A stretch of 64,000 nucleotides of DNA from an uncultured virus (IMG/VR IMGVR_UViG_3300033175_000345) (taxonomy: Duplodnaviria; Heunggongvirae; Uroviricota; Caudoviricetes). Each line of letters opens with the position of its first letter. Positions within the stretch are counted from its first letter, which is position 1. This document shows, piece by piece, positions 26,213 through 36,082 of this stretch. The notes under the pieces were generated by a model. That model searched no databases. It was given only the letters and a program-made list of their open reading frames with translations, and was not told the origin of the DNA. The stretch lies in the IMG/VR virus record IMGVR_UViG_3300033175_000345; one strand, 5' to 3'. The position numbers and the translations under genes were made by a program.

Positions 26213-27788
26213 TTTGGAAAAAGCGGAATGGGTAAAAAACTTTATTGAAACCTATTGCACTTATTCCAAAGGTGAATGGGCCGGCAAGCCATTCAGGCTC
26301 TTGCCATGGCAATGGGAAGACCTCTTGAAACCTCTGTTCGGAACGCTGAATGACGACGGGACCAGGCAATACCGCACCGCCTACGTCGAGATCCCCAAGA
26401 AAAACGGCAAATCGGAATTCTGCGCCGCCATAGGCCTTTACATGCTGACCAACGACGGGGAAAAGGGCGCCGAGGTCTACTGTGCGGCCGCAGACCGCGA
26501 ACAGGCGAGCATCGTCTACCAGGCAGCCTCGGCCATGGTCCGCAACTCTGCCGGCCTCTCCAGGCATCTCAAATGCCTGGATTCACGCAAGCGGATCATC
26601 TACCGGAAGAACAACAGCTATTTCCAGGTCCTCTCCTCCGAATCGTACACAAAGCATGGTCTCAACCCGTCATGCGTCATCGTCGACGAAATCCATGCGC
26701 ACCCCAACGATGAACTCTGGAACGTCTTGACGGCGGGGACGGATTATGCCCGCAGGCAGCAGATCGTCTTGGTCATCACCACGGCCGGCATATACGACAA
26801 AAACTCCATCTGGTGGCGTCTGCGTTCGAAAGCGATTCAGGTGGGAAAAGGCATCATACAGGATCCCCGGTTCCTGCCGGTCCTATATCTGGCGGACCCG
26901 GAAAAGGACGATCCGGATGACGAGGACCTCTGGAAGCGAGTGAACCCGTCCTTGGGACAGATCTTCACCCTCGACAAGATCCGGCAGGACTACAACGAGG
27001 CTAAGCAAAACCCGGTAGACTTCCAGAATTTCCTTCGCTTCCGGCTGAACATCCCCGTCAAGCAGCTCTCGCGGTGGATGCCCATGGACAAGTGGGATAA
27101 GTGCAACTCCGAGCCCGACCTTGAGTTGCTTCGCGGCCGCAAGTGCTTCGGGGGCTTGGACCTGTCATCCAAAATCGACCTGGCGGCCTTCGTCCTGGTT
27201 TTCCCGCCGGATGACAAGGACGGTGTTTTTGACATCCTGTGCCGCTTCTACTGCCCGGAAGAAGGAATCCTCAAGCGCTCTCAAACCGACCGCATTCACT
27301 ATGACATATGGCAGGATCAAGGTTTTTTAACCGCGACGCCGGGCAACGTTATCGACTACGCCTGGATCGAGAAGGACATCCTGGATGCCGCGAAGGAATA
27401 TCAGCTCTGCCAGATCGGGTTCGACTCGTGGAACGCCCAGGCGACGGCTACCCGGATCATGGATGAATTAAATCCGACGGGCAACGAAGACGGCTTTCAG
27501 ATGGTCGAAGTGCGTCAGGGAGCGAAGTCATTCAACGAACCCGCCAAGGACCTGCTCGTTCATGTCATGACGGAAAAGGTGAGGCACGGGGGCCATCCGG
27601 TGCTCCGGTGGTGCGCCGACAACCTTGTCATGAGGTCCGATCCCAACGGTAATGTAGCCCCGGACAAGGAAAAGGCGACGGAGAAGATAGACGGCATGGT
27701 TGCGCTGATCATGGCCTGGGGGCGGGCGATGTTTGGAAACGACGAGACGCAATCGGTCTATGAGACCAGGGGGGTTGTATGCTTATGA
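26202..27788 (+). CDS. terL: Terminase large subunit
   Basis: LLPWQ, IPKKNGKS Walker A, IVDEIH Walker B, GGLDLS, KIDGMVA. Confidence 0.95.
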   Translation: MPFNLEKAEWVKNFIETYCTYSKGEWAGKPFRLLPWQWEDLLKPLFGTLNDDGTRQYRTAYVEIPKKNGKSEFCAAIGLYMLTNDGEKGAEVYCAAADREQASIVYQAASAMVRNSAGLSRHLKCLDSRKRIIYRKNNSYFQVLSSESYTKHGLNPSCVIVDEIHAHPNDELWNVLTAGTDYARRQQIVLVITTAGIYDKNSIWWRLRSKAIQVGKGIIQDPRFLPVLYLADPEKDDPDDEDLWKRVNPSLGQIFTLDKIRQDYNEAKQNPVDFQNFLRFRLNIPVKQLSRWMPMDKWDKCNSEPDLELLRGRKCFGGLDLSSKIDLAAFVLVFPPDDKDGVFDILCRFYCPEEGILKRSQTDRIHYDIWQDQGFLTATPGNVIDYAWIEKDILDAAKEYQLCQIGFDSWNAQATATRIMDELNPTGNEDGFQMVEVRQGAKSFNEPAKDLLVHVMTEKVRHGGHPVLRWCADNLVMRSDPNGNVAPDKEKATEKIDGMVALIMAWGRAMFGNDETQSVYETRGVVCL

Positions 27789-28000
27789 CTAAAGAGAGTC
27801 CTGACAAGAGATCCATATCTGACCCACCGACCAAGCCGCTGTTGCGGATTGATGAAGTGGCGGCATATTTCGATGTCCACCCGCGCACAATCCGTCTGTG
27901 GATCGAGCACGGACATTTAAGCGCCGAACGGCTTGCCGGATCCATACGCGTAACGCGCGAGTCGATCATCAATTTTCGCCTCAAAGGACGAGAAGACTGA
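27779..28000 (+). CDS. Excisionase-like (MerR-type HTH) DNA-binding protein
   Basis: LRIDEVAAYFDVHPRTIRLWIEHGHL. Confidence 0.8.
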   Translation: MLMTKESPDKRSISDPPTKPLLRIDEVAAYFDVHPRTIRLWIEHGHLSAERLAGSIRVTRESIINFRLKGRED

Positions 28001-28113
28001 AAAAAGTGTGAAATATATGAACATTTGTAAAAATCCTGCAGTGTCAATACCTTTAAAAACCTGACATACTTTCACCATGGATTCATAACTGATTGATACG
28101 ATAGCGGCTCAAA

Positions 28114-29400
28114 GTGAACATATTACAGCGGCTCAAAAAAACAGCTCAGTATTTCCGCAACCTCGGCGTCGACGATCCCAAGGCTTGGGATCCTTCGCTT
28201 TGGAATCTCTACGGCGCGCAATCCCTCTCGGGTGAAACCGTCACTGAGCAGTCCGCCCTCACCTATTCCGCGGTCTGGAATGCTGTCACCCTGATAGCCG
28301 GGACTATCGCCAGCCTTCCTCTTCACCTGATGCAAATGAAAGCGGAAAAAAAGAGGATCGCCACTGACAGGGTCATGTATAGGGTCCTGCACGACCAGGC
28401 CAACCCGTTTATGACAGCCAAGACATTACGGGAAACACTGATGGGCCACATCCTGCTCTGGGGCAACGGCTACGCGGAAAAGGTCGTCAACGGATACGGG
28501 GAGCTCGTGCAGCTCTGGCCGATTACGCCGAATCTGGTGACGCCCATGTGGCAGGACGGCGAGATTGTATACCGAGTACAGGTCGGCAAAGAAGACAAGT
28601 ACTTCACCAGGGACAAGATACTGCACATCCCCGGCATCGGATTCGACGGCCTCATGGGATATTCGGTGGTCGCCATGGCCAGGAAGTCGATCGGGCTCGG
28701 CATGGCCATGGAAACGTTCGGATCCCTCTACTTCGGCAACGGAACGCATCCGGGGGTTATCGTCAGCCACCCGAACCAGCTCTCCGCCGCAGCGCACGCA
28801 AACCTGAAGAAGTCTCTCACCGAGGGCTATTCAGGCCTCGGGCAGTCACACCGACTGTTACTGCTCGAAGAGGGCATGAAACTCGAAAAGGTGGGCGTGC
28901 CGCCGGAAGACGCCCAGTTCCTGGAAAGCCGCCAGTTTCAAATACCGGAGATAGCCCGCTGGTTCAACCTTCCGCCACACAAACTCAAGGACCTGACCCG
29001 ATCGTCCTTCAACAACATCGAATCGGAGCAGCGGTCTTTCTATACGGACACCTTACTGCCATGGCTCGTCACCCTCGAACAGAACTATAACATGCAGCTC
29101 TTGACGGACAGCGACAGGGCGCTCTCGGGCCGGGGCAGGCTTTACTACAAACACGTTGTCGAGGGCATATTGAGGGCGGATGCCGCCGGCCGCGGGGCTT
29201 TTTATCGGGAGATGTTCAACATCGGCGCCTTCTCCATAAACGAGATTCGACAACTCGAAGACAAGGACCCTATAGAGGGCGGGGACATCCATCTGGTGCC
29301 CATGAATATGACGTCACTGCAAAATGCCGGGAAGCTTGATCAGTCGTTGGAACCTAAGCGGCCCATGCCCGGAGACGACAAGGGAGGCGAGGACCAATGA
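28114..29400 (+). CDS. HK97-family portal protein
   Basis: IASLPLHL, LLWGNGYA, ILHIPG-x-x-FDG, DAQFLESR, EIARWFNLPP, NNIESE. Confidence 0.95.
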   Translation: MNILQRLKKTAQYFRNLGVDDPKAWDPSLWNLYGAQSLSGETVTEQSALTYSAVWNAVTLIAGTIASLPLHLMQMKAEKKRIATDRVMYRVLHDQANPFMTAKTLRETLMGHILLWGNGYAEKVVNGYGELVQLWPITPNLVTPMWQDGEIVYRVQVGKEDKYFTRDKILHIPGIGFDGLMGYSVVAMARKSIGLGMAMETFGSLYFGNGTHPGVIVSHPNQLSAAAHANLKKSLTEGYSGLGQSHRLLLLEEGMKLEKVGVPPEDAQFLESRQFQIPEIARWFNLPPHKLKDLTRSSFNNIESEQRSFYTDTLLPWLVTLEQNYNMQLLTDSDRALSGRGRLYYKHVVEGILRADAAGRGAFYREMFNIGAFSINEIRQLEDKDPIEGGDIHLVPMNMTSLQNAGKLDQSLEPKRPMPGDDKGGEDQ

Positions 29401-30158
29401 AGTGGTATGAGATCAAAAACAAGGCGGAGAAAGCCGAGATATGGATTTACGATCAGATCGGGGAAGATTTCTGGACCGGAGGTGGCACCAGCGCAAAGGC
29501 CTTTCAGAAAGAGCTTTCTGCGGTCACCGCTTCGCAGATCGATCTGCACATCAACAGCCCGGGCGGTGAAGTTTTCGACGGCATCACCATCTACAACCTT
29601 CTCAAGCAGCACCCGGCGACGATCACGACGTATATCGACGGCATCGCTGCGTCCATTGCCTCGGTCATTGCCCTCGTAGGCGACAAGGTGGTTATGGCCG
29701 AAAACGCCCTTTACATGATGCACAACCCCTCCGGGATGGTTGTGGGAAACGCCAATGACATGAGGAGCATGGCCGATGTCCTCGACAAAGTGCGGGGGAG
29801 CATGCTGAAGGTCTATTCGGGGAAAAGCGGCAAAGAGGATCAAGACATCGTTCCCCTGCTCGATGCCGAAACTTGGATGAACGCCGACGAAGCTTTGGAG
29901 GCGGGTTTTATCGATGAGATCGGGGGCAGGATGGACATGGCTGCATGCGCCAGGTTCATCCCGGTTATGGCAAAGGCGGGCTTCAAGCGCATTCCGGATA
30001 ATATTGACGGCGAGAAGGAAAACCCATCGCCGAAAGATCTTGAGGACATTGCGAATATTCACCAGAGGAATCAGGTTAAAGTCGCTCAATCCAAGCAAAC
30101 AAGGAGGGATCGTGTAGCCGACCTGCTCATCAGGGCGGAGCTGGTTTCACCAAAGTAA
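29397..30158 (+). CDS. ClpP-like prohead protease
   Basis: HINSPGGEVFDG, AASIAS, MMHNP, ETWMNADEA. Confidence 0.93.
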   Translation: MKWYEIKNKAEKAEIWIYDQIGEDFWTGGGTSAKAFQKELSAVTASQIDLHINSPGGEVFDGITIYNLLKQHPATITTYIDGIAASIASVIALVGDKVVMAENALYMMHNPSGMVVGNANDMRSMADVLDKVRGSMLKVYSGKSGKEDQDIVPLLDAETWMNADEALEAGFIDEIGGRMDMAACARFIPVMAKAGFKRIPDNIDGEKENPSPKDLEDIANIHQRNQVKVAQSKQTRRDRVADLLIRAELVSPK

Positions 30159-30214
30159 AAGAGTAAAGACCTAAAAACCCGGGCTCCCCCGAAGCCTGAT
30201 CAGCCGAAGGGGAC

Positions 30215-30278
30215 GCAAGAAAGAACGAAGGGCGGCCGTGTAGGGCTACACACCTACATTGCCGCCCTTTTTCTTTGC
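30215..30278 (+). terminator. Long stem-loop in the major capsid leader
   Basis: AAGGGCGGC/GCCGCCCTT and TGTAGG/CCTACA stems followed by a T-tract. Confidence 0.55.
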
Positions 30279-30308
30279 CCGGAAACCACAAGGAAAAAGG
30301 AGCAGAAA

Positions 30309-31622
30309 ATGAAAACGATCAGTCAGTACAGGGAAGACATCGCCGCCTTGATGAAAAAAGCGGCCGACATGGACGCCAAGGCCACCGTGGAGAACCGCGA
30401 TCTGACCGACGGCGAATTGAGCATCAAAAACGAGATGATGGATACCGTCGAGGACTACCGCAGGACGGTCGCGACACTGGAGAGGCAGCAGCGGATCGCC
30501 GACGCCCTGGAAAAACCGGAAGCCGTTCAGTCCATTGAAAAGAAAAGGGAAATTGCAGCGCAAACAGAACGGGACAGGTTCCCTTCTTTCGGGGCCCAGC
30601 TGGCGGCGGTCATGAGGGCCGGACAACCCGGCGGCGTGGTCGATCCTCGATTGAGGATCACCTCCTCCGCTTCGGGGCTCAACGAGACCATCCCCTCGGA
30701 CGGAGGGTTTCTCGTCCAGCAGGATTTTTCAACGGAACTTCTGAAGGATGTCTTTGAAACCGGAATTCTGGCTTCCCGATGCCGCCGGGTTCCCATATCG
30801 GGGAACGCCAACAGTATGAAACTGCCGGGACTGGACGAAACTTCCCGGGCCTCCACCCGGTGGGGCGGGATCGTCGGCTATTGGGAAGAGGAAGCGGGGG
30901 AAAAGTCGGCCAGCAAACCGAAGTTCAGAAAAATCGAGCTCAACCTCAAAAAGCTGATCGGTCTCTGCTATGCGACGGACGAGCTCCTGAGCGATGCGGC
31001 GGCCCTCGAGGGAGTCATTCGCCAGGGCTTCGTTTCCGAATTCGGATTTCTGCTCGACGATGCCATCATCAACGGCACCGGTGCCGGCCAGCCTCTCGGC
31101 ATCCTCAACACGGGCTGCCTGGTCCAGGTGAACAAAGAGACGGGACAGAAGGCGGCCACGGTCCTGGCGGAAAACGTCATCAACATGTGGTCCCGCCTCT
31201 TCGCGTCGAGCCGTCCCAATGCGGTGTGGCTCATCAATCAGAACATTGAGCCGCAGCTCTTCACCATGTCCCTGGCCGTGGGAACCGGGGGGATCCCGAT
31301 CTACATGCCGGCAGGTGGCTTAAGCGGCCAGCCTTACGGGACCCTGTTCGGGCGCCCGGTCCTGGCCATCGAGCAGGCGGCCACCCTTGGCACCCTGGGT
31401 GACATCCTTCTGGCGGATCTCCAAAACGGCTACATCCTGGCCGAGAAGGGCGGCATCCAGAGCGATATGAGCATCCATGTCCGGTTTGTCTACGATGAAT
31501 CCGTGTTCCGGTTCGTCATGCGCGTGGACGGCCAGCCGGTGCGGGCTTCCGCGTTGACGCCTTACAAGGGCGGGGCCAACTATACCCAGTCGCATTTTGT
31601 CGGGCTGCAGACCCGGTCCTAA
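30309..31622 (+). CDS. HK97-fold major capsid protein
   Basis: N-terminal coiled-coil delta domain, DGGFLV, ELLSDA, INGTGAGQPLGILN, TLFGRPV, RVDGQP. Confidence 0.95.
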   Translation: MKTISQYREDIAALMKKAADMDAKATVENRDLTDGELSIKNEMMDTVEDYRRTVATLERQQRIADALEKPEAVQSIEKKREIAAQTERDRFPSFGAQLAAVMRAGQPGGVVDPRLRITSSASGLNETIPSDGGFLVQQDFSTELLKDVFETGILASRCRRVPISGNANSMKLPGLDETSRASTRWGGIVGYWEEEAGEKSASKPKFRKIELNLKKLIGLCYATDELLSDAAALEGVIRQGFVSEFGFLLDDAIINGTGAGQPLGILNTGCLVQVNKETGQKAATVLAENVINMWSRLFASSRPNAVWLINQNIEPQLFTMSLAVGTGGIPIYMPAGGLSGQPYGTLFGRPVLAIEQAATLGTLGDILLADLQNGYILAEKGGIQSDMSIHVRFVYDESVFRFVMRVDGQPVRASALTPYKGGANYTQSHFVGLQTRS

Positions 31623-31646
31623 TCAGAAAATAAGGAGGAATAAGAC

Positions 31647-32105
31647 ATGTTGAATCCCGAAATAAATCCCATCCAATTGGCTCATGAACCGGCGGCGGCG
31701 GACGCCATAGCGGATACGGCCGCCTGGTGCGATCTCAGTAAAGCGAAAGGGGTCTTGATAACCGTCCTGCATTACCGCGGCGGCGACACGGACCTGGTCC
31801 TGCACGTCCACGAGGGGGCGGCGGCAAGCGGCACGACTGCAATCACCGCCGCCTTCCCGATATGGTACGCATCCGACGCCCTCACGGACCCGAGCCTGGT
31901 GAGACAGGCCGACGCAGCATCCTTCACCATTGATACGGGCGTCTATACCGGTTCCCAGGTGGTGCAGTTTTTCATCGACGCCAGCATTCTGAGCGCGGGA
32001 TGCCGTTACGTACAGTTGGGAACCTCCGGCGGCCATGCGTCGAGCATCGCGTCGGTTACCTATGAACTGGTCGGGACGCGGTATCAGAACAACGAGGCCC
32101 TGTAA
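31647..32105 (+). CDS. Putative capsid decoration/cement protein
   Basis: Follows the capsid gene with a strong RBS; Ala/Thr-rich beta composition, RYVQL motif. Confidence 0.55.
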   Translation: MLNPEINPIQLAHEPAAADAIADTAAWCDLSKAKGVLITVLHYRGGDTDLVLHVHEGAAASGTTAITAAFPIWYASDALTDPSLVRQADAASFTIDTGVYTGSQVVQFFIDASILSAGCRYVQLGTSGGHASSIASVTYELVGTRYQNNEAL

Positions 32106-32135
32106 CAGCGCTTCCTGAAAGGAGGGTGAAAAAAA

Positions 32136-32609
32136 ATGAACTACAACTCATCGACCATATCGAGAATAGCGGACATCGTCCTCGGGATCCGAGTTGACCG
32201 CTCCGCAGCGGCTATCGCCGCCGGGACCAATGCACTGTTCACGGTCACGGGCGGCCGTGTAGCCCTATTGGGCCTGCTGGGCGAGATCGTGACCACCATG
32301 GATGCAACTCTTACGACGCTCCAGATCAACGCCAATCCCACGACCGGAGACGACACGGTGCTGTGTGCCGCCTCGGCCTCCATCGCCAACGTGGATGTCG
32401 GCTGCATGTTCACCCTGCCCGACGCGGTGGGAACGGCGCTCGTCACCTCTACCACGGACGGGGGCTGCATCCTGAGCACGGCCCCACGGTGGGCCCTCCG
32501 GCCCGGTTCCATCGAACTCGTTACCGGGGTCGGCGCCAATGCCGGCACGATGAAATGGAGCCTCTGGTATGTTCCGATCGACGACGGGGCATACGTGACG
32601 GCGGCTTAA
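32136..32609 (+). CDS. Putative virion protein
   Basis: Strong RBS; Ala/Thr/Gly-rich; head gene region. Confidence 0.6.
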   Translation: MNYNSSTISRIADIVLGIRVDRSAAAIAAGTNALFTVTGGRVALLGLLGEIVTTMDATLTTLQINANPTTGDDTVLCAASASIANVDVGCMFTLPDAVGTALVTSTTDGGCILSTAPRWALRPGSIELVTGVGANAGTMKWSLWYVPIDDGAYVTAA

Positions 32610-32624
32610 TGGGAGGATCGATCG

Positions 32625-32993
32625 ATGGCCGGAAGCGCCATGACATTTACGGAAGTGACATACGGGACCATCAAGAAAATCAAGGCGGCCTGGGTCTCGG
32701 ATGATGCGACCGGCGCGGTAAGCGGAACAACCGCGAACTACTACGACGGCAGGCTTATCGGGGCCGTAACCGTTCCAGACGGTTCCGCCGCTCCAACAGA
32801 CAACTACGACATTGCCGTGAACGATTCAGACGGCGTCGACGTCGCTCTGGGGGCGTTGGCCGACAGGGATACGATGAACACGGAATACAGGGCGGAAGCA
32901 TCCATGGCGGGCGTCGCCAACAGCAAACTGACCATTGCCGTAACGAACGCCGGGAATTCCAAAAAAGGCGCCTTGTATCTCTACATACGGTAA
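32625..32993 (+). CDS. Putative virion protein
   Basis: Strong RBS; beta-rich composition; head gene region. Confidence 0.6.
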   Translation: MAGSAMTFTEVTYGTIKKIKAAWVSDDATGAVSGTTANYYDGRLIGAVTVPDGSAAPTDNYDIAVNDSDGVDVALGALADRDTMNTEYRAEASMAGVANSKLTIAVTNAGNSKKGALYLYIR

Positions 32994-33016
32994 CGGAGGC
33001 GAAAGGGAGTGCACCT

Positions 33017-33214
33017 ATGGATACTTCAAACTGGCTCCTGGTTATCTCGATAGGGATCGGCATTGCCCAGGGGATCATCATTGTCCAGAACAAGTCCTTC
33101 AAGGAAGAAATCAGGGAGCTGTGGGCTCGGGCGGACTCGCACGGCCACAAGATCGAGTGCGACGCCCAAGAGTGCAAAGCCAGGACGACGGCGGTCATCA
33201 TCAACGAGGGATAA
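33017..33214 (+). CDS. Small membrane protein (holin/antiholin-like)
   Basis: N-terminal hydrophobic helix; directly before the lysozyme. Confidence 0.5.
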   Translation: MDTSNWLLVISIGIGIAQGIIIVQNKSFKEEIRELWARADSHGHKIECDAQECKARTTAVIINEG

Positions 33215-33220
33215 CTGTAC

Positions 33221-33646
33221 ATGCTGACATTGAGGGATCGCATAAAACTGCATGAAGGATTGAGGCTCCAGCCATACCTCTGCCCGGCCGGCGCCTGGAC
33301 CATCGGCTACGGGCACAAGATACGTAAACACGAAAAATTCACGAGATTGACCATCGATCAGGCGGAACGGCTTCTCGACAGGGATATTGAAACCGCGGAG
33401 GCGGAAGCGAGATCCATGTTTCCCGACAGCAAGTACAAGAACTTTACGAAAAATCGATGGGACGTTCTGACAGAGCTGGTCTTCAACCTCGGTCTGACGA
33501 GGTTCAGGGGATTCAAACGGATGATTTCCGCGATCGACGGGGGCGATTGGCAACAAGCGGCGGCTGAGCTCGAAGACTCAAAATGGTATCGGCAGGTAGG
33601 ACCCAATCGCGGAGACACTTTGGTGTGCCTTCTTCGCGAAGGTTAA
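33221..33646 (+). CDS. Phage lysozyme (GH24-like endolysin)
   Basis: HEGLRLQPYLCPAGAWTIGYGH (E-x8-C-x5-T), FNLG, SKWYRQVG. Confidence 0.92.
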   Translation: MLTLRDRIKLHEGLRLQPYLCPAGAWTIGYGHKIRKHEKFTRLTIDQAERLLDRDIETAEAEARSMFPDSKYKNFTKNRWDVLTELVFNLGLTRFRGFKRMISAIDGGDWQQAAAELEDSKWYRQVGPNRGDTLVCLLREG

Positions 33647-33684
33647 GTGACGACATTGCAGCACAAAAAAAGGGAGGATTGAAA

Positions 33685-33855
33685 GTGAAAAACTGGAAAA
33701 CGACGGCATCGGGCATATTGGCGGCATTGGGGATGATCTTTCCTTTGTTCGGAATTCCGGCGGAAGTTGGAAACGCGGTAAGCACGCTCGGTCTTTTTCT
33801 GATCGGCCTTTTCGCCAAGGACAGCAACGTCACGGGCGGCAGTGTGAGCCAATGA
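33685..33855 (+). CDS. Putative holin (2 TM)
   Basis: KNWKTTASG...GLFAKD with two hydrophobic helices; GGAGG RBS before GTG. Confidence 0.7.
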   Translation: MKNWKTTASGILAALGMIFPLFGIPAEVGNAVSTLGLFLIGLFAKDSNVTGGSVSQ

Positions 33856-34250
33856 AAAGATTTCTCGCAGCGCTCGTCATTCTTGTGGCGGCAACTTCGG
33901 CGCAGGCTTGGGTGACGGTCGGCGATGTCATGGCAGGCACATCCGAGGTAACCTTGCAATGGGAGCCCTCCATCGACCACGACTACATCACCGGCTACCG
34001 GCTTTACTACGGTCCGGCCACGGGTCAATACACCACGAAGATCGAGGTCGGCAAGGTCACGACTTATACGATTTCACTGCCGGACGGGACCTATTACATG
34101 GCTCTGACCGCTTACGACGACCGCGGGCTGGAGTCGGCCTATTCCAACGAAGTGAGCACAACGATCAAGACGAGCATCCGGCCTCCCAAGAACCTGATCA
34201 TCTTTTCAGTGACCATCTTGAACGGGACGGCGAAGGCACAAGGACGGTGA
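33852..34250 (+). CDS. Secreted fibronectin type III domain protein
   Basis: Signal peptide ending AQA; VTLQW...GYRLYYG...TYYMALTAYD...ESAYSNEV. Confidence 0.85.
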   Translation: MKRFLAALVILVAATSAQAWVTVGDVMAGTSEVTLQWEPSIDHDYITGYRLYYGPATGQYTTKIEVGKVTTYTISLPDGTYYMALTAYDDRGLESAYSNEVSTTIKTSIRPPKNLIIFSVTILNGTAKAQGR

Positions 34251-34251
34251 T

Positions 34252-35217
34252 ATGGAAGTTTGGGGCGGCGCGTACAAGCGCTTCATGATGGTTTCCGGAC
34301 CGGAAACGGAGCCGGTCTCCCTGGCCGAACTCAAACTGCATCTGCGGCTCGATTCAGAGAGCTTCGCCGACAGCCTGGACAGCACACAGAGCATCGCCCC
34401 GGGAAGTCACGCGACGACGACAGGATACGGACTGACTGGAACCGCTGTCGAGATTCTCGGGTATCAGGCCATTATCTATCTGAAAGCGGGGGGAAACGGC
34501 GCGGGCGGGACCGTCGACGTAAAAATCCAGGAATCCGACGACAACAGCGCCTGGGCCGACTGGACAAGCGGCGCTTTCACCCAGGTGACGACCGCGAACG
34601 ACCATGCAACTTATGAGAAAGCCTACACCGGCTCGAAACGGTATATCCGCACCGTCGCCCGGATTCTTGTCGCGGCCTGCGACTTTGGTGTCGACATTGT
34701 CCGGCTCGCTCCGACAACGGCGGAGGACACCCTGTTGAATGATCTCATCACGACGGCACGGGAACGCGTCGAAGAAATAACGAGAAGAGCGTTGATCACA
34801 GAGACCTGGGACTACTGCCTGCCACAATGGCCTGACGGCGACTGCATCGAGCTTCCCTTCGGGAGCCTGCAATCGGTGGAATCGATCACCTATAAGGATA
34901 CCGACGGAACGATCAGCACACTTCCGGCCGGCGGCTACATCGTCGAGCCAAACGGCGAGCTAATCGGACGGGTCGTCCTTGCTTACGGGGATTCCTGGCC
35001 TTCCGGTACGCTCTATCCGGCGAACCCGATAACAATCAGGTTCACCTGCGGGTGGGCTTCCGCCTTGGAGGTGCCACAGCGGATCAAAACGGCGATCAAG
35101 ATGATCTGCGCTGACCTCTATGCGATGAGGGGCGAGCCGGTGGTGGGACAGACGGTCACCGAGGACAAATCGGTCCCCCGGCTGCTGGCCAGTTTCAGGC
35201 TTTGGGAGGAGTTTTGA
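34252..35217 (+). CDS. Head-tail connector (gp6/gp8-like) with an inserted domain
   Basis: EPVSLAELKLHLR and EDTLL...LITTARE-x-x-E...RALIT motifs separated by roughly 120 aa. Confidence 0.8.
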   Translation: MEVWGGAYKRFMMVSGPETEPVSLAELKLHLRLDSESFADSLDSTQSIAPGSHATTTGYGLTGTAVEILGYQAIIYLKAGGNGAGGTVDVKIQESDDNSAWADWTSGAFTQVTTANDHATYEKAYTGSKRYIRTVARILVAACDFGVDIVRLAPTTAEDTLLNDLITTARERVEEITRRALITETWDYCLPQWPDGDCIELPFGSLQSVESITYKDTDGTISTLPAGGYIVEPNGELIGRVVLAYGDSWPSGTLYPANPITIRFTCGWASALEVPQRIKTAIKMICADLYAMRGEPVVGQTVTEDKSVPRLLASFRLWEEF

Positions 35218-35531
35218 GATCCGGCAGGCTGGACAGGCGCATCACGCTGCAGCGCAAAACAGTTGTTGAAAACAGCTATGGCGAGCCGATCGAAACGTGG
35301 ATGGACTTGGCGACGGTGTGGGCGGAATACCTGCCGGCCGGGGGCGCAGAACGATATGCCGCCACACAGATGGTGGCCGAAGCCGACACGAGATGGCGGA
35401 TCCGGTACAGAGCGGACCTGACCCCGATCGACCGGCTGAGTTACGCGGGAAGGACATATGACGTCACGGGGGTGGTGGAAATTGGACGCCGTGAAGGGCT
35501 GGAAATCTATTCGAAAGCGAGGGCGGAGTAA
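35214..35531 (+). CDS. Head closure protein (SPP1 gp16-like)
   Basis: GRLDRRITLQ...YGEPIETW...TVWAE...IRYR. Confidence 0.88.
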   Translation: MRSGRLDRRITLQRKTVVENSYGEPIETWMDLATVWAEYLPAGGAERYAATQMVAEADTRWRIRYRADLTPIDRLSYAGRTYDVTGVVEIGRREGLEIYSKARAE

Positions 35532-36082
35532 TGAATGGGCATGGCTCGTTTTCGTTTGAGCTGAAGGGCGTAAAGGAATTGACAAGGCTTCTGGACCAGC
35601 TGCCGACTGTGGCCATGAAAAAGACGGTCCTCAGAAACGCGTTGAAAAAGGCGGGAAATCCGATCGCCGAAGCGGCCAGGGCGAACGTGCCGGTCGTGAC
35701 GGGCGGTCTGCGGGATTCGATCACGGTGTCCCCGAGTCTGAAACCTTCACAGAGGAAGGGAAGACAGGACCGCTCGGTGGTGACCGTCTATGTCGGCTCG
35801 TCGTCCCCCGTCGCCCACCTCGTGGAATTCGGGACCGTCGAGAGGAATCTCGACGAACCTCGGCTCGTCAAACTCGGAGATCGCTGGATCAGGATCACGA
35901 CAACCGGCTTTGTCTCCCCGAACCCATTTCTCCGGCGAGCCTGGCACGCGATGAAAATTCCCGCCTTGGGGATCTTCGCCGACGAGATGAAGAATGAACT
36001 CTACAAATCGGCCGGGAGACTGGCGAAACGGGCGGCGGCGGGCAAACTTTCGAAGGCGCAGGTAAGAGGACTGAGCAAGTGA
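35531..36082 (+). CDS. HK97 gp10-family neck protein
   Basis: PVVTGGLRDSI, AHLVEFGT, PNPFLRRA. Confidence 0.88.
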   Translation: MNGHGSFSFELKGVKELTRLLDQLPTVAMKKTVLRNALKKAGNPIAEAARANVPVVTGGLRDSITVSPSLKPSQRKGRQDRSVVTVYVGSSSPVAHLVEFGTVERNLDEPRLVKLGDRWIRITTTGFVSPNPFLRRAWHAMKIPALGIFADEMKNELYKSAGRLAKRAAAGKLSKAQVRGLSK

